Positions 53,227-64,000 of a stretch of DNA of 64,000 nucleotides are shown piece after piece. The notes beneath the pieces are model-generated. The model was given only the letters and a program-made list of their open reading frames with translations, was not told where the DNA came from and did no database searches. The position numbers were made by a program, and so were the translations under genes. The DNA comes from Gekko japonicus (Eukaryota): contig NW_015164182.1 of the NCBI RefSeq assembly GCF_001447785.1, positions 853,525-917,524 on the forward strand. Reading direction: 5' to 3'. Each line of letters opens with the position of its first letter. The first letter of the stretch is position 1.

Positions 53227-56200
53227 GTTGGCCAGATCAGCCAAGTCAAAGTAAGGGTCCATCTTCTGGGCTATAAGTTGGGAAAAAATTTTTTTGTGTG
53301 GCTGCATTAACTTGCTACTCCAGTAGTAATGCTGGATCCAGTATAACCCCATGGCTCTGAATCAACTCAGCAAGGGACAGCTGAACCCCATCAAAGTGAG
53401 GAGCATGATATAGTTTAATCCCAACCAGCATCACTTCCATCTTGTCTGGGTTCAGTTTCAAATTGTTCACTTAGCCACAGCAGGTATATTGATAAATTAA
53501 CTGTGCATCTTCAGGGCTCTGGGTGAATTATTGTAGAGCCTGCAACTCTCTTCTCTGGAAGTTTGTGATTAATGCAAGGACATCTCTGGTGATAAAACAA
53601 AACAGAGGTTCAATGGCATCTTAAAGGTTAACATTTATTCCTGCACTTGAGATAGAATAGTTTCTGTAAAAGTGATGTAAAAGGGCTTATTTCTCCTATT
53701 GTATCCAAATAAGTGAGGTGTCTCACAAAAGCTCATCCTCAAGCGCTAAGTCTTTAAAGTGCCACTAGACTTCTGTTTTTATTTGCTACAAGCTATGCCA
53801 CTGAAATTATCTTTGGTGACAGACTTTATTGGTGGACTTTTTCTCAATTATAAATGCAACAACAGAAACTGTACTTCTGCAGGATTGATTTGTTTACAGA
53901 CCACAACCCCACTTGAAACCACCCCCCTCTTCCCCTTTGTTCTAAATTCTAGTTATTTCCAGGCAGTTGGGATCACTTGATATAGCAAGAGCTTGAAAAC
54001 ACAGCAGCTGCACTGTGGTGATACAGCTGGGAGGCGATTAGACGCTGTCAAGATGAGGAAGGAGGGTGCTAGGGAGACAAAGGCTGCCATTTCCACACTG
54101 TTTTGTTCCAGTGGAACGACGACTAATGCAGATATTAAGAGTCATGAACGAAAGGGTGATGACAAAGCCCTTTTCTGTCTTTGCAAAAGGAGATGAGGGT
54201 AGATACATGGAAAGCTGTGGTTTGAAAATCAACCCACTAGACTCCTTTCTTAGAATTAAAAACAAAATGAAACAGGAATTACCTTTTGAACAAATCCCTG
54301 TGCACGGTTCTTTTAATTCTTCTCTAACCATGGGGAAAAAATGGGCATTTCTGTAAACCACTAACATGCTAGAAAAGCATGGCCCAGACACAGTAGTGCC
54401 ACTGTCATTACAGGCTTGGCTGGGCTTAAGAGATGTGACAGCCTGGGTGCCCAGTGGAAAAACATGTACATTTGGGGGGAAGCTAAAAAAACTCCACACA
54501 AGTATTTTCTTGGGTGAGTGAAATGCTTTTAGGACAAGATTTTGGTCAAAATGTGTAATATGATGATTTGTATTATCATGCAGCTACAGCATTAGTGTAT
54601 ACGGCAGACAATTTATTTAAATGAGACTGATCTTACCCACAATTAATATGGTACATCTAGTCATACTGCAATTGTATGAGACAAATAACACTTTCCCTTT
54701 TGTTTTTTATTTTCAACTTTCACTTTTTTCTCACCACTTAGATGACAGAAACTAAGATACATGCACTAAGGACATAGCAATTTCTCTCTAGTATTGCTTT
54801 ATTTGCTTTTCTCATAGAAAACTCTAGCATCTACAATTTGTAAAAATATCAAATAAATGCTGGAGTTCAGGATTAATAACTGTTACTCAGATAAATTTAC
54901 ATTTGTTTTCTCAAACGAAACCAATCCTTTTTATGGTTTCAAAAATTTCCAGAAAGCAACTACGAATGCTTCAGCTTGCCCAGTTAATCTCACAACAGAA
55001 AATATACTGCTTTGGAAGCCTCAGGGGAAAAAAATCAGGGAAAAACCCCACAGACTCCTCATGTTGGAAATCCCAAATGAATAAATTAAGATGATGACTC
55101 CACAAGAGCAGCCTAATATCAAACTACTCAGAACAGACCAGTCTCTCTCTCACACACACTGCTTGCCCTACCACTTCCAAATTCAAAGTAAGATTTAGGA
55201 GAACACTGTTCCCAATACCTGATCTATGCTATTAAAGAAAAAAAAGAATTTAAATACATACAATCCTTTACCAAACCTGAAGTTATTTTACTGCTTTAAC
55301 AGTATACATTACTGCAATGAACTCCTCAACAGAGTATTGTCATAACACACATTATAGCAAACTGCAGCCCAAATCAGAAAGTTTAAACTATAAATGTATC
55401 TTTGAGAATATGTTGTATATGTTTACAAAGCACAGCCACGAATTCCCATTAGCCAGTGCTATAGATTATATTACATAAATCTACATATTTGGAGTAATAC
55501 CCTGTCTTAAAAAGCATTTTAGTCATACAGAAAATATTCTGCAAGCTCCTTTTTTCCATACTCAAATGTTTCTGTTAAAAAAATGGAAAAAAGCCTTTAG
55601 GAGGATTTTTCTCTCCAATGCTTTCTATGTTTCCAGACTTTCACATCTAATCTAGGATATTTTTGTATTTTAAAAGACTGCTACAAACTCACAGTTATCA
55701 AATCATCTTGGATATTGGGAACTGCTGAAAAATCTCATTTAAGATTAATTCAGATCCAGGAGGAGTCTCCCTACCTTCTGTTTGTACCCTAGTAAGCAGG
55801 CGCAGAGGGAGGATTTTATATGAGTGCAAACAGAACAGCATTTTGAGACAAGAAAATTTAATTTACTCAATATTGCTGCTTTTGATTACAAAAAAGAAAA
55901 CCTTAATTAAGCAAAAACTACATAACTACATAACATAATGTATTAGCATTAGCACTTTATGAAATTCTTGTTTTATTGTTATTGCATTTTAAATTGTTTT
56001 TTATGTGAATGGTCATTATAGACCAATTATGTAAGCTGCCCTGAGCCCCCTGGCAGGGAGAGCGGGGTATAAACTAAAATAAATAAATAAATAACTATGG
56101 AGACAAGGAAAAATAAAACCAGTGATAAACGCAATTCTCTTTTCTTGGTCTAAAGCTTAGTCCCCCCCTACCCACGATGCATATGATTAAGGAGTGTGCC

Positions 56201-57302
56201 CAAAACTCTTAAAATGTTAGGCCTCTCTTTCATTGAACTCTCTTGCTATCCAGGGCAATGTCAAACCTTACCTCGTTATCTTTTGCTCTGTCAGCTACTG
56301 CACAGCAACATATAAACTGGCATCCTGCTAGCCTGGTAGACTGAAAGCTACAGAAAAGAACTTGACCTGTTACCTTGCTCACCTGTAAAGGTAGTTTTAA
56401 CTTGATCTCTGAACATTAACAAAGTACAATTTAAACATTTACAATAATTTTTTTTCACACAGATATATATGGATGAAATTTTATCCTTTTGAAAATAAGC
56501 ATTACCATGTGCATTCAGAAGCATAATTTTATCCAGAAATACGTTCTTACAGGTGCATAACTCCAGGCCTGCAAATAGCAACTAGCCTGCCTGTCTAAAG
56601 GGACATCCTTGGTTTTAGAGAGCAAGAACTGCATCTGGTGACCAAGCAATACAGAATTTACAAACGCCAAGATAATGATTTCTTTCTTTCCTCAGAAATT
56701 CTGTCCACACAGGTGGATTAGCTGTTATCTGTGGTTTTATTTCAAATTCTAGATCTGGCCAGTGTTTTATCACCATGTATGAGCCCTGGCTTGTATTTTT
56801 GTTATGTTCAGCCAAAACTGGCTCATCATTGGCTCAAAAGGAAAAAAAGACATTAACATTCAGAGCAAGCATTTCTCAAGGAGATGCCTAGCTACTTTCT
56901 ACCCTCCGTCAGGTAAGTACAGAAAAGGGCAGGGGCAAATAAATCGGCCTTGCTTGCTTGTTAATCCCCTCCTTTATAATTGGGGGCTATTCAGTACAGG
57001 GACCCTGAATAACCATGCCGGGGGGGGGGGGAGGAGAAGAGCCACACGGGGTTCTGTTCACACCCTTTCAAAATATATACCAATTTACTTACTTTAAAAC
57101 ATGTACAAAATAAATACAGAGCCAAACTTGGATCCGCAACCGGGCATGGCCAGGAGTTCAGTACAACACCCGCAGCGCCAATGTAAAAAATGAACCCCCA
57201 GCCTCACTCAAACAAGCAATGCGGTTGACCGCGGAATATATTCCCTAACAGCCACCACTCAAGTCAGAAATATGCGTATGTATGGGAAAAAGAGAAAGCC
57301 CT

Positions 57303-59100
57303 GGACTTCCTGTTTTGGCATTCACCATGGCGGCCGCTTTCTCCCGGAGCTCCGGGAGACGGCTGCCAGAAGCCGTGGTGAGGAGGGCCCACACCACCCC
57401 CAGAGTGCTTTGTTGGGCTCCCAGCCATGGGGCGGTAGAGAGCTCTTCCTCCAGCGACCCTGCAGGCCAAGGAGGGCTTCTCCATGCCCTAAAGGTCCCG
57501 CTGCAGAGAATCCTGAATGGGAACTAGAAATCACACACTGGAACAAGCGTTTGGTGGCCGAACGAATTGAAAACGAAAGCTGATTTATCATTGAAAAGTG
57601 AGTTAACGGTTAAGCGAAAAACACCGAAGATTGAGCTGAAAACCTCCCCTTTGAAAGTGAGGGGGAGGGAACTCTCCCCTGCTAAGAAAAACTAAGTGAA
57701 CATCGAGCCATTACGAAAAGGGGGGTGGGCTAATGAAGAAAGATGAACTGAAATAAAAAGTATTTAAGAACTTACCAGGCTGATATAAGAGTACCAGAGA
57801 CTGATAACTTTTTACAAAAAGTAAACAATTTCCCAAATATGGCGCCCACGAGGAAGGATGAGAAAAACAATCAAATGAAACCTAAGCTTCTTGCTGGAAC
57901 TTACCAGCCCAGTGAGTTCTGTGCCTAGACAGGACACAACTACAGAGCTTCAAAAAATGCTGACGGAAGCACTGCGCCCTCTGCTGGAACAGGTCATGGC
58001 ACCGCATCAAAAATTCAATGCACAGCAAACCCAATTAACTGAGATAGCAAAAAAAAAAAAACCGGAACAAGAAGTGAAAGAGGTGGATGCCAATATTAAG
58101 AAGCTTAAAAAACAACTGTAGGCGATGGGAAAAAAAGAGACTGATTGAGGAGTCTCATGTGTTACAGCTGCAAATGGAGAGAGCAAGCTATGTCTTAAGA
58201 TTTCAAGGTGTTCCAGAAGAGAAAGGAGAGAATCTGAAACAGACTATGCATGATTTATTAGGCCCTATGACAGATATAAAAACAGATATACTACAAAGCA
58301 AAATTGATATGATCTATAGGTCGTACCCAGAATTTACAAGAAAGAATCTGCCAGGGGAAGTGATAATAAGATTCTCCAGAAGACAAGTGAGGGATCAAAT
58401 CCTCAAAGCGACAAATGGATCTACCTTGAAAATCAAAGAGAAAGAAATAAAAGTGTTGAAGGACATCCCGTTTGAAATAAGGAAAAGAAGAAAATATGGA
58501 GACTTGGTATTATTTCTACAGAAGAATAACATCCCCTACAGATGGATTGTACCCGAAGGCGCAATCTTTAAATTTATGGACAAGAAAGAAAAAATTGACT
58601 CTGTTGAAAAGGCACCTGAATTTTTGCATCAACATAGTTGACCATCAGGAGAAATAGAAGTGGAGGAAGAGGACAGCAACAAAGAAAGTGAAGAAGAGGG
58701 AGCAGTGGCATTCTCAGATGAGGCCTCAGACTCTAAATTGGGAGCAGCAGCCCCGAAAACAAGCTAACACTTGAGAAAGAAAAAATATAAAAAATGAAAT
58801 GTTATTGTCCTCTGAAATCTCTTACAATGTATTGTTATAATTATTTCTTATTTTGCTTTTTAAGAAGTCAGAAATGGTAGTGTTTAAACTTTTATATTAA
58901 TTTAAAATGATTACTAGATGACCATATTCAATGGACTTGAATCGAATATGGAGTTAAAAGCTAACTTGTTAAGTCTCTTGGGTTTTTAGTGGGTTTTCTT
59001 TACTTTCTCCTATAGTCTCTACATCCCCTTCCTAATTAAGTTGTAGTTTATAGAAAAGGCAATAAAAAATCCCCAAGGGGGGCACTAAAAAAAAAGAAAA
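57303..59100 (+). mobile_element. ORF1-only L1-derived element (half-L1/HAL1-like), ~1.8 kb
   Basis: CpG-rich 5' UTR starting GGACTTCCTG...CCATGGCGGCCG. An L1 ORF1-like frame runs 57839-~58800 (LRFQGVPEE, PGEVIIRF, KVLKDIP, IPYRW). AATAAA at 59061 is followed by an A-tail, with an AAAGCC(C/T)T repeat at both flanks. Confidence 0.72.
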
Positions 59101-60360
59101 AAAGCCTTCCAGACGGTAAGACCGCGAGCATTCGCAAGCCCACCAACGGGACCTAGCGCAGCGACCCATTGCAATTTTATGCAAAATTAGTACAACTTTT
59201 CTTAGTATGCGTACGCCACAGGCACACGACCTGTTGCCGAAACCTGTATGCTAGCATCGAAGACCCGCGCGTTGCCACGCTCCCACGAAACGGCTGTAAG
59301 TGCCCGGAAAAGAGGCACGAGTATGCGCGCGTGAGTCAAGGCGCCCCTCCCCCACTGGGAAACCGTGGCGCGTCTGCTAGGGCCACCTCACCAACGTGGG
59401 ACAAAGGCCTTGGCCGGGACTCCTCCCTCCCTCCCTACTGTGGGCCTGGCGGCGGCGCAATTACCGGCTTGCAGGAGCTGCATGGCATGCGTGAAGGAGG
59501 GATCCAGGCTGTCCTTCTCGGCCATGAGCTCGGGCAGGTACTTGTTCTCCGGCTCGGTCTTCACAGTGGCGCCGGGCATCAGCGGGGTGGGGGGGGAGCT
59601 GGGGGGCGGCGGGGCCGAGCCGGTGGCGGAGGGCGGCAGGAGAGGCGGCGGCCACCAGCCTGGGCCGACTGGAGGCGGACCGAGGCGGCGGCGCCTGGGG
59701 CCCTGCCCAGGCGGGCGGCGGTGAGGTCCTCGCGGCGCTGCATCCGCGGCCGAAGGAGCGGCAAAGGCGCGCGAGGAAACAGGGTTGCCACGCCGACCGA
59801 GCGCCGGGGCCGCTAAGAAAGGAAGTGATGGGAGATGGAAGGCCCGGAGCGGAACGCCTCGCGCTTCTCCGACTGCTTTTCTGTCAGGCGCGAAACCCGC
59901 AGCCGCCACCAACCGTCGCTCAGCTCAGCTCTCCACTGCGCTTGCGTGAGCCCAGGAAACCGCCTACTGCGCACGCGCAAGACCCACCTCGAGGCGAACA
60001 ACAGAAAAAGCTCCGTCGCACTGGATGAACTGCGCAGGCGCAATATCGCCTGATTGCGGGGCACCGCCTTCCTTTCTCCTCCGCTCGCCGCGCGCACCCT
60101 TCGCGCACGCGTAATGTGAAAGCGTTTTCAAAAGACGCATGCGTTGTCAAACAATCAGCTCGGGGGAAGGGGGAACAAAGCTGCCTGGCGAAGTTTATCG
60201 CTGCGCATGCGGAAGGCTGCCTGCGAGGTAAGAACAAAGCGGAGCCGTGAGCGCATGCTCGCTAGAAGAATTGCGCATGCTTCCCAGAGGTGGCTTTTTT
60301 GGCAGGGCGGGGTGTACGTGTGGCTAGGTAGTGAAGTTCGTGGTGCGGTGCCTGAGTTCA
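59100..60360 (-). promoter_or_regulatory. KHDRBS1: KHDRBS1 CpG-island promoter
   Basis: Dense CpG. Several NRF1-like motifs (TGCGCACGCGCA ~59968, TGCGCAGGCGCA ~60031, TGCGCATGCG ~60202, TGCGCATGC ~60272), an ETS-like GGAAGT at 59821, and a GC box at ~60305. Confidence 0.8.
59465..59743 (-). CDS. KHDRBS1: KHDRBS1 exon 1 coding region (apparent frameshift near 59650-59680)
   Basis: [14 protein letters not shown] starts at 59743. [11 protein letters not shown]...[32 protein letters not shown] is in another frame. The donor G|GTAATT is at 59464. Confidence 0.93.
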
Positions 60361-60789
60361 ACTTGATATAGCCGTATAGTTTTTCTCAGGCTGGTACTTG
60401 ATGTAATGGGACTTTAAGCTGCACAGAATTATGGCTTGTAGCTGTAGTATTACAGCACACTCCTATGCATGTTTACTCAGAAGTAGCTTACACTTTGTGC
60501 AAAGGTATTTATTTCCAGGTAGCAAATATAGGGCTGTAGCTCCAAGCCCGCAGTATAGTGTGGCTCAGTCTCTGTTTTCCGGAGCTGTGAGAAATTCCCC
60601 TGAGTTATGCTGCCTGGCTGATTCCCTTTGGAAGGCATGAGATGGAAAGTTAGTGCTATGTAATTTATTTGCTTTTTTAAACAAATGTACAGGTGGAGGC
60701 AGAGATAGGCTACCGCAGATCAAATCCACACAAAGAGAGATTATGCTGTGTACTCCCCTATGACTCGATTAACTCCCAGCAGTGTGCTC

Positions 60790-61060
60790 AGCCAGTTTGG
60801 TGTAATGGTTAAGTGCGCAGACTCTAATCTGGGAGAACCAGGTTTGATTCCCTACTCTTCCACTTGTACCTACTGGATGATCTTGGGCAAGCCATAGTTC
60901 TGACACTGCTGTTTTTGAAAAAGAGCAGTTTTTGTCAGCTCTCTTAGCCCCACCTACCTCACAGGGTGTCTGTTGTGGGGAGGGGAAGGGAAAGGAGTTT
61001 GTAAACTGAGACTCCTTTGGGTAGTGAAGGGTGGGGTATAAATCCAATCTCTTCTCTTCT
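60790..61060 (+). mobile_element. Squam3-like tRNA SINE
   Basis: TGGTGTAATGGTTAAG...GGTTTGATTCCC...CCCCACCTACCTCACAGGGTG, with a (TTC) tail. Confidence 0.78.
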
Positions 61061-61279
61061 CTCTCTACTCAAAACTGCTGTTTCTTCACAGGCAACCCAC
61101 ATCTCTGTTCCCTCGTCAACTGAAAAAGATCATGTTTCTCAAACTTTCAAAGGCACCACAAAGATCCACTTGGCCCCCGCATCCACAGTCATGAAGGAAT
61201 ATCCCTCCCCCCCCCCGCCGCCCTGGTTCCACTTCCATGCACATTGATCCGATGGAACAGTATTACTACAGGCTTGGGT

Positions 61280-61450
61280 GTTCCCACTCTTTTGCTGTCA
61301 AGTTGCAGTGACTTACAATTGCCTGCCTCTGTGTAGAAACCCTGAACTTCCTTAGTGGTCTCCCATGCAAATACTAACCAGGCTGACCCTCCTTAAGCTT
61401 CTGGGATCTGATGCGTTGCGCTAGTCTAGGCCATCCAGGTCAGGGCTGGA
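61280..61450 (-). mobile_element. 5S-derived SINE
   Basis: Reverse complement of the 5S core (GGTCTCCCAT..AAATACTAACCAGG...GCTTC..GATCTGA) plus the GCCATCCAGGTCAGG head. Confidence 0.65.
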
Positions 61451-62069
61451 TTCTCTTTACAGCGGATCACCCTACTCAGAACCAAACTGAATGGTAATGC
61501 ATTGTAGCCACATCCTCAATGGAAGTTTGGAAAGGCTAAATGTTTAGCAAGGCTTGGAAGAGATGACCCTCATTCCTAGATTGAGGGAGGAGGTAGATGG
61601 GAGTTTGTGAGAAGAAAGTGCCATTTTGGACACTGGAAACAAGTGAAACAGACAGATACTGCTGGGAGCTGCTTAAAATACCACAGGGTGGGAGCTGGAA
61701 ACAGGATGTCTCTTTTAGGGATTTCTATGCTCTCTAGAAGTGCTCTGCTTACAGTGGTAGAAAGTGCTGTCAACTCACAGCCAATTTATGGTGACCCTGT
61801 AGGGTTTTCAAGGCAAGAGACATTCAGAGGTAGTTTGCCATTGCCTGCCTCTGTGCAGAAACTAGGACTGCCAGGTCCGACTCATGAAATACCTGGGGAC
61901 TTTGGGGTGGAGCCAGGAGCAAGGATGTGATCACCTCTGTGATGTCACATCCTGTGATTTCACTTCCAGGTCCACCCCGCACACCCAGAAGGTTCCTGTG
62001 ATTCCATGGTAGGAGCTTGTGCTTCTAACACAGTGGTTGCTTTCAACTCATTCTCCACCCAAGCCACAT

Positions 62070-62185
62070 ACAAACCCAGGACTTCCTTGGTTGTCTCCCA
62101 TCCAAGTAATAAGCAGGGCTGACTGCTTAGCTTCCGAGGTCTGACAAGATTGGGCCAGCCTGGGCCATCCAGATCAGGGCATGTT
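62070..62185 (-). mobile_element. 5S-derived SINE
   Basis: GTCTCCCATCCAAGTA...CTGCTTAGCTTCCGAGGTCTGAC...GGCCATCCAGATCAGG. Confidence 0.7.
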
Positions 62186-62509
62186 CTACATGTAAATAAA
62201 ACAAGTGCTACAGAAAACACAGCAAGTCAGTAAGTGCTACCCTGGGAACTTCTCACTCTTGGGGAAATGGAGCACATGCATTTTATTTTATATGTTTCTA
62301 TCCTGCTTTATTTTCTTAGTCTTAAAGCAGCTAAACTGCACAAAAAAGCATTAAAAAATCATTAACAAATGCAGAAGTACGTTCCTTCTGCTTGTGCTGC
62401 AGCAGCTTCCTTTCAGTTGTGTCTCAAACAGGTGAATCACAGACTGACAACCAGCAGGCTCCCTGACATGGAGATGCGTTGTTGTAAAACCTTCGTTGGT
62501 TGCATCATC

Positions 62510-63060
62510 ATCATTTATGGATTGCCCAGTCCCTGCAGTAGCTCAGGATATCAGCTCTGGGCAATGTACAACATTTAGTAAAAACGACAAAACCGTAGAA
62601 TAAAATATAAAAACAGTACTAATACAGCAAATCTAAAAGAGTCACCTGGCAAAGTTTCACAATTTCTTCTCATTCTGGACTGTGGCCACCTCATGGGTGG
62701 GTGGAAGAGGAACAGAGTAGGCTAGATTGGAAGGGAGGGCGCCAGCCAGAATGGAACCCATTGTTGTCCTCAACCAAAAGCCTGGCAGAACTTCTCTGCT
62801 TTACAGGCCCTGTGGAATTCCATAAGGTCCCACAGGGCCCTGATGGTGTTCTGCAGAAAGTTCCACCAGGTCGGGGCCAGGACCAAAAAGGCCCTGGTCA
62901 AGGACAGCAGGATATCTTTGGGTCCAGGGATCACCAGCAGATTGGTATCCAAAGAGCGTAACACTTTCCTGGGAACATTCCAGAGGAGACAGTCCTGCAG
63001 ATACATCAGTCAATGACTGCTCAGGGCCTTGAAAGTCAGCACCAGATCCTTGAACTTGAC
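62510..63060 (-). mobile_element. L2-like LINE 3' end
   Basis: Minus frame RAFLVLAPTWWNFL...EFHRACKAEKFCQAF* resembles the L2 ORF2 C-terminus, followed by an (ATG)n-type tail near 62510. Confidence 0.65.
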
Positions 63061-63139
63061 TCAGTAGTCTCATGCAGCTTTTCCAAGCCCTGTGGCTCAG
63101 CCAGAGCAAGTGTGTGATGATGAGTAAAAGGGAGGCAAT

Positions 63140-63365
63140 GTGAGAGCTGGCAGTGGCATGGCATAGTGGTTGGCATGCTGGGGTAGGAGCTGGGACGATT
63201 GAGTTTGAATCCCATCTGCCATGGAAATTCACCCAGTGACCCTGGGCCTGTCACAATTTCTCAGCCTAGCCTACCTCACTAGGAGGTTGTTGTGAGGATA
63301 AGGGGAAAGAGGGGAGAAGGATGTGAAAAGCTTTCTTCAGACAGAAGAAAGTTTTATAAATTTTT
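63140..63365 (+). mobile_element. Squam3-like SINE, degenerate
   Basis: GGCATAGTGGTTGG...GTTTGAATCCC...CTCAGCCTAGCCTACCTCAC...GTTGTTGTGAGGATAA. Confidence 0.6.
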
Positions 63366-63499
63366 AAAAAGTGACAGATTGTGGACAGGAGATATGGAAG
63401 GTCTCAGGTTTAATCCGTTTAAAAGGATCAGGAGGTTGGCAATGTGAAAACCCTCTATCTAAGACTCTGGAGAGCTGATCAAGATGTTGGTCTGTCTGT

Positions 63500-63585
63500 A
63501 GCAGTAGAAAAGAGCAAGAGTCTAGCAGCACCTTAAAGACTAACAAAATTTGTGGCAGGGTATGAGCTTTTATGACTCACAGTTT
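63500..63585 (-). mobile_element. Penelope-like terminal remnant
   Basis: GCAAGAGTCTAGCAGCACCTTAAAGACTAACAAAATTTGTGGCAGGGTATGAGCTTT. Confidence 0.55.
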
Positions 63586-64000
63586 GAGCAGAAAATACTG
63601 ATGTTGGTGGACCCAGGGTCTGAGTCAGTAGAGGGCAGCTTCTTGAGTTCATGGGACTCCTCCATTAACCAAGCAATTTTGGCCACATTGCAGTAGATCG
63701 TTATAAACTGTGTTAAAGAGAATATAGCGAAATTTAAAAAAAAAACATGAAAAGTGTATACCTACACTTTATTAATCTTTAGAAAGGCCGTGTGCCCCAC
63801 TCATATATTCCTTCCTCTGTTGGGTCCATGATTTGTCTTTTCCTTCAGAGCCAAATGTTGTTTCTCTGCTGCTCTCTAGTGGCAAAACTGAAAATGGTGT
63901 GTGTGAAATGGAAAAGCAAGGATTTAACTTTCCCTCAACTCTGAAAATGAAATGCAAGTAGTCCCTGCAAGATTGTTGTGAAGATGCCTACATGTATGCC

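Noticed and set aside
59169-59816. 215-aa plus-strand ORF antisense to KHDRBS1 exon 1
   Set aside because: It starts at a non-ATG codon and is low complexity; long ORFs arise by chance in stop-poor CpG islands.
59388-59912. 174-aa minus ORF as an alternative N-terminus for Sam68
   Set aside because: It starts at a non-ATG codon and its N-terminal half has no resemblance to Sam68; it only shares the frame of the exon's 3' half.

Overview
This is vertebrate genomic DNA, most likely squamate and possibly gecko, judging from BovB, Squam3-like and 5S-derived SINEs, Penelope ends and DIRS elements. Two minus-strand genes lie in the same order as in mammals. KHDRBS1 (Sam68) is complete: 9 coding exons from 59743 to 15707, all GT-AG, with a CpG-island promoter at ~59.1-60.4 kb. 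TMEM39B is represented by its 5' end: a CpG island at ~8.0-8.8 kb and exons 1-3, with the rest beyond the left edge. The introns are dense with transposons. There are three DIRS tyrosine-recombinase retrotransposons with ITR/ICR ends, one of which holds a CR1, a hAT MITE and a solo LTR. There is also a 5.3-kb hAT transposon with TIRs and an 8-bp TSD, degenerate L1-clade LINEs, an ORF1-only half-L1-like element, BovB, L2 ends, SINEs, and Penelope termini with degenerate minimal hammerhead motifs. The most notable observations are three: the KHDRBS1 exon 1 start ATG is out of frame and stops at a TGATG overlapping an in-frame ATG; TMEM39B has a possible splice-acceptor switch between a tiny uORF and an in-frame start; and the ORF1-only retroelement points at the KHDRBS1 promoter. 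No CRISPR arrays or functional RNA genes are supported. I did not find a clearly new biological system. Family names come from motif recall, not database searches.
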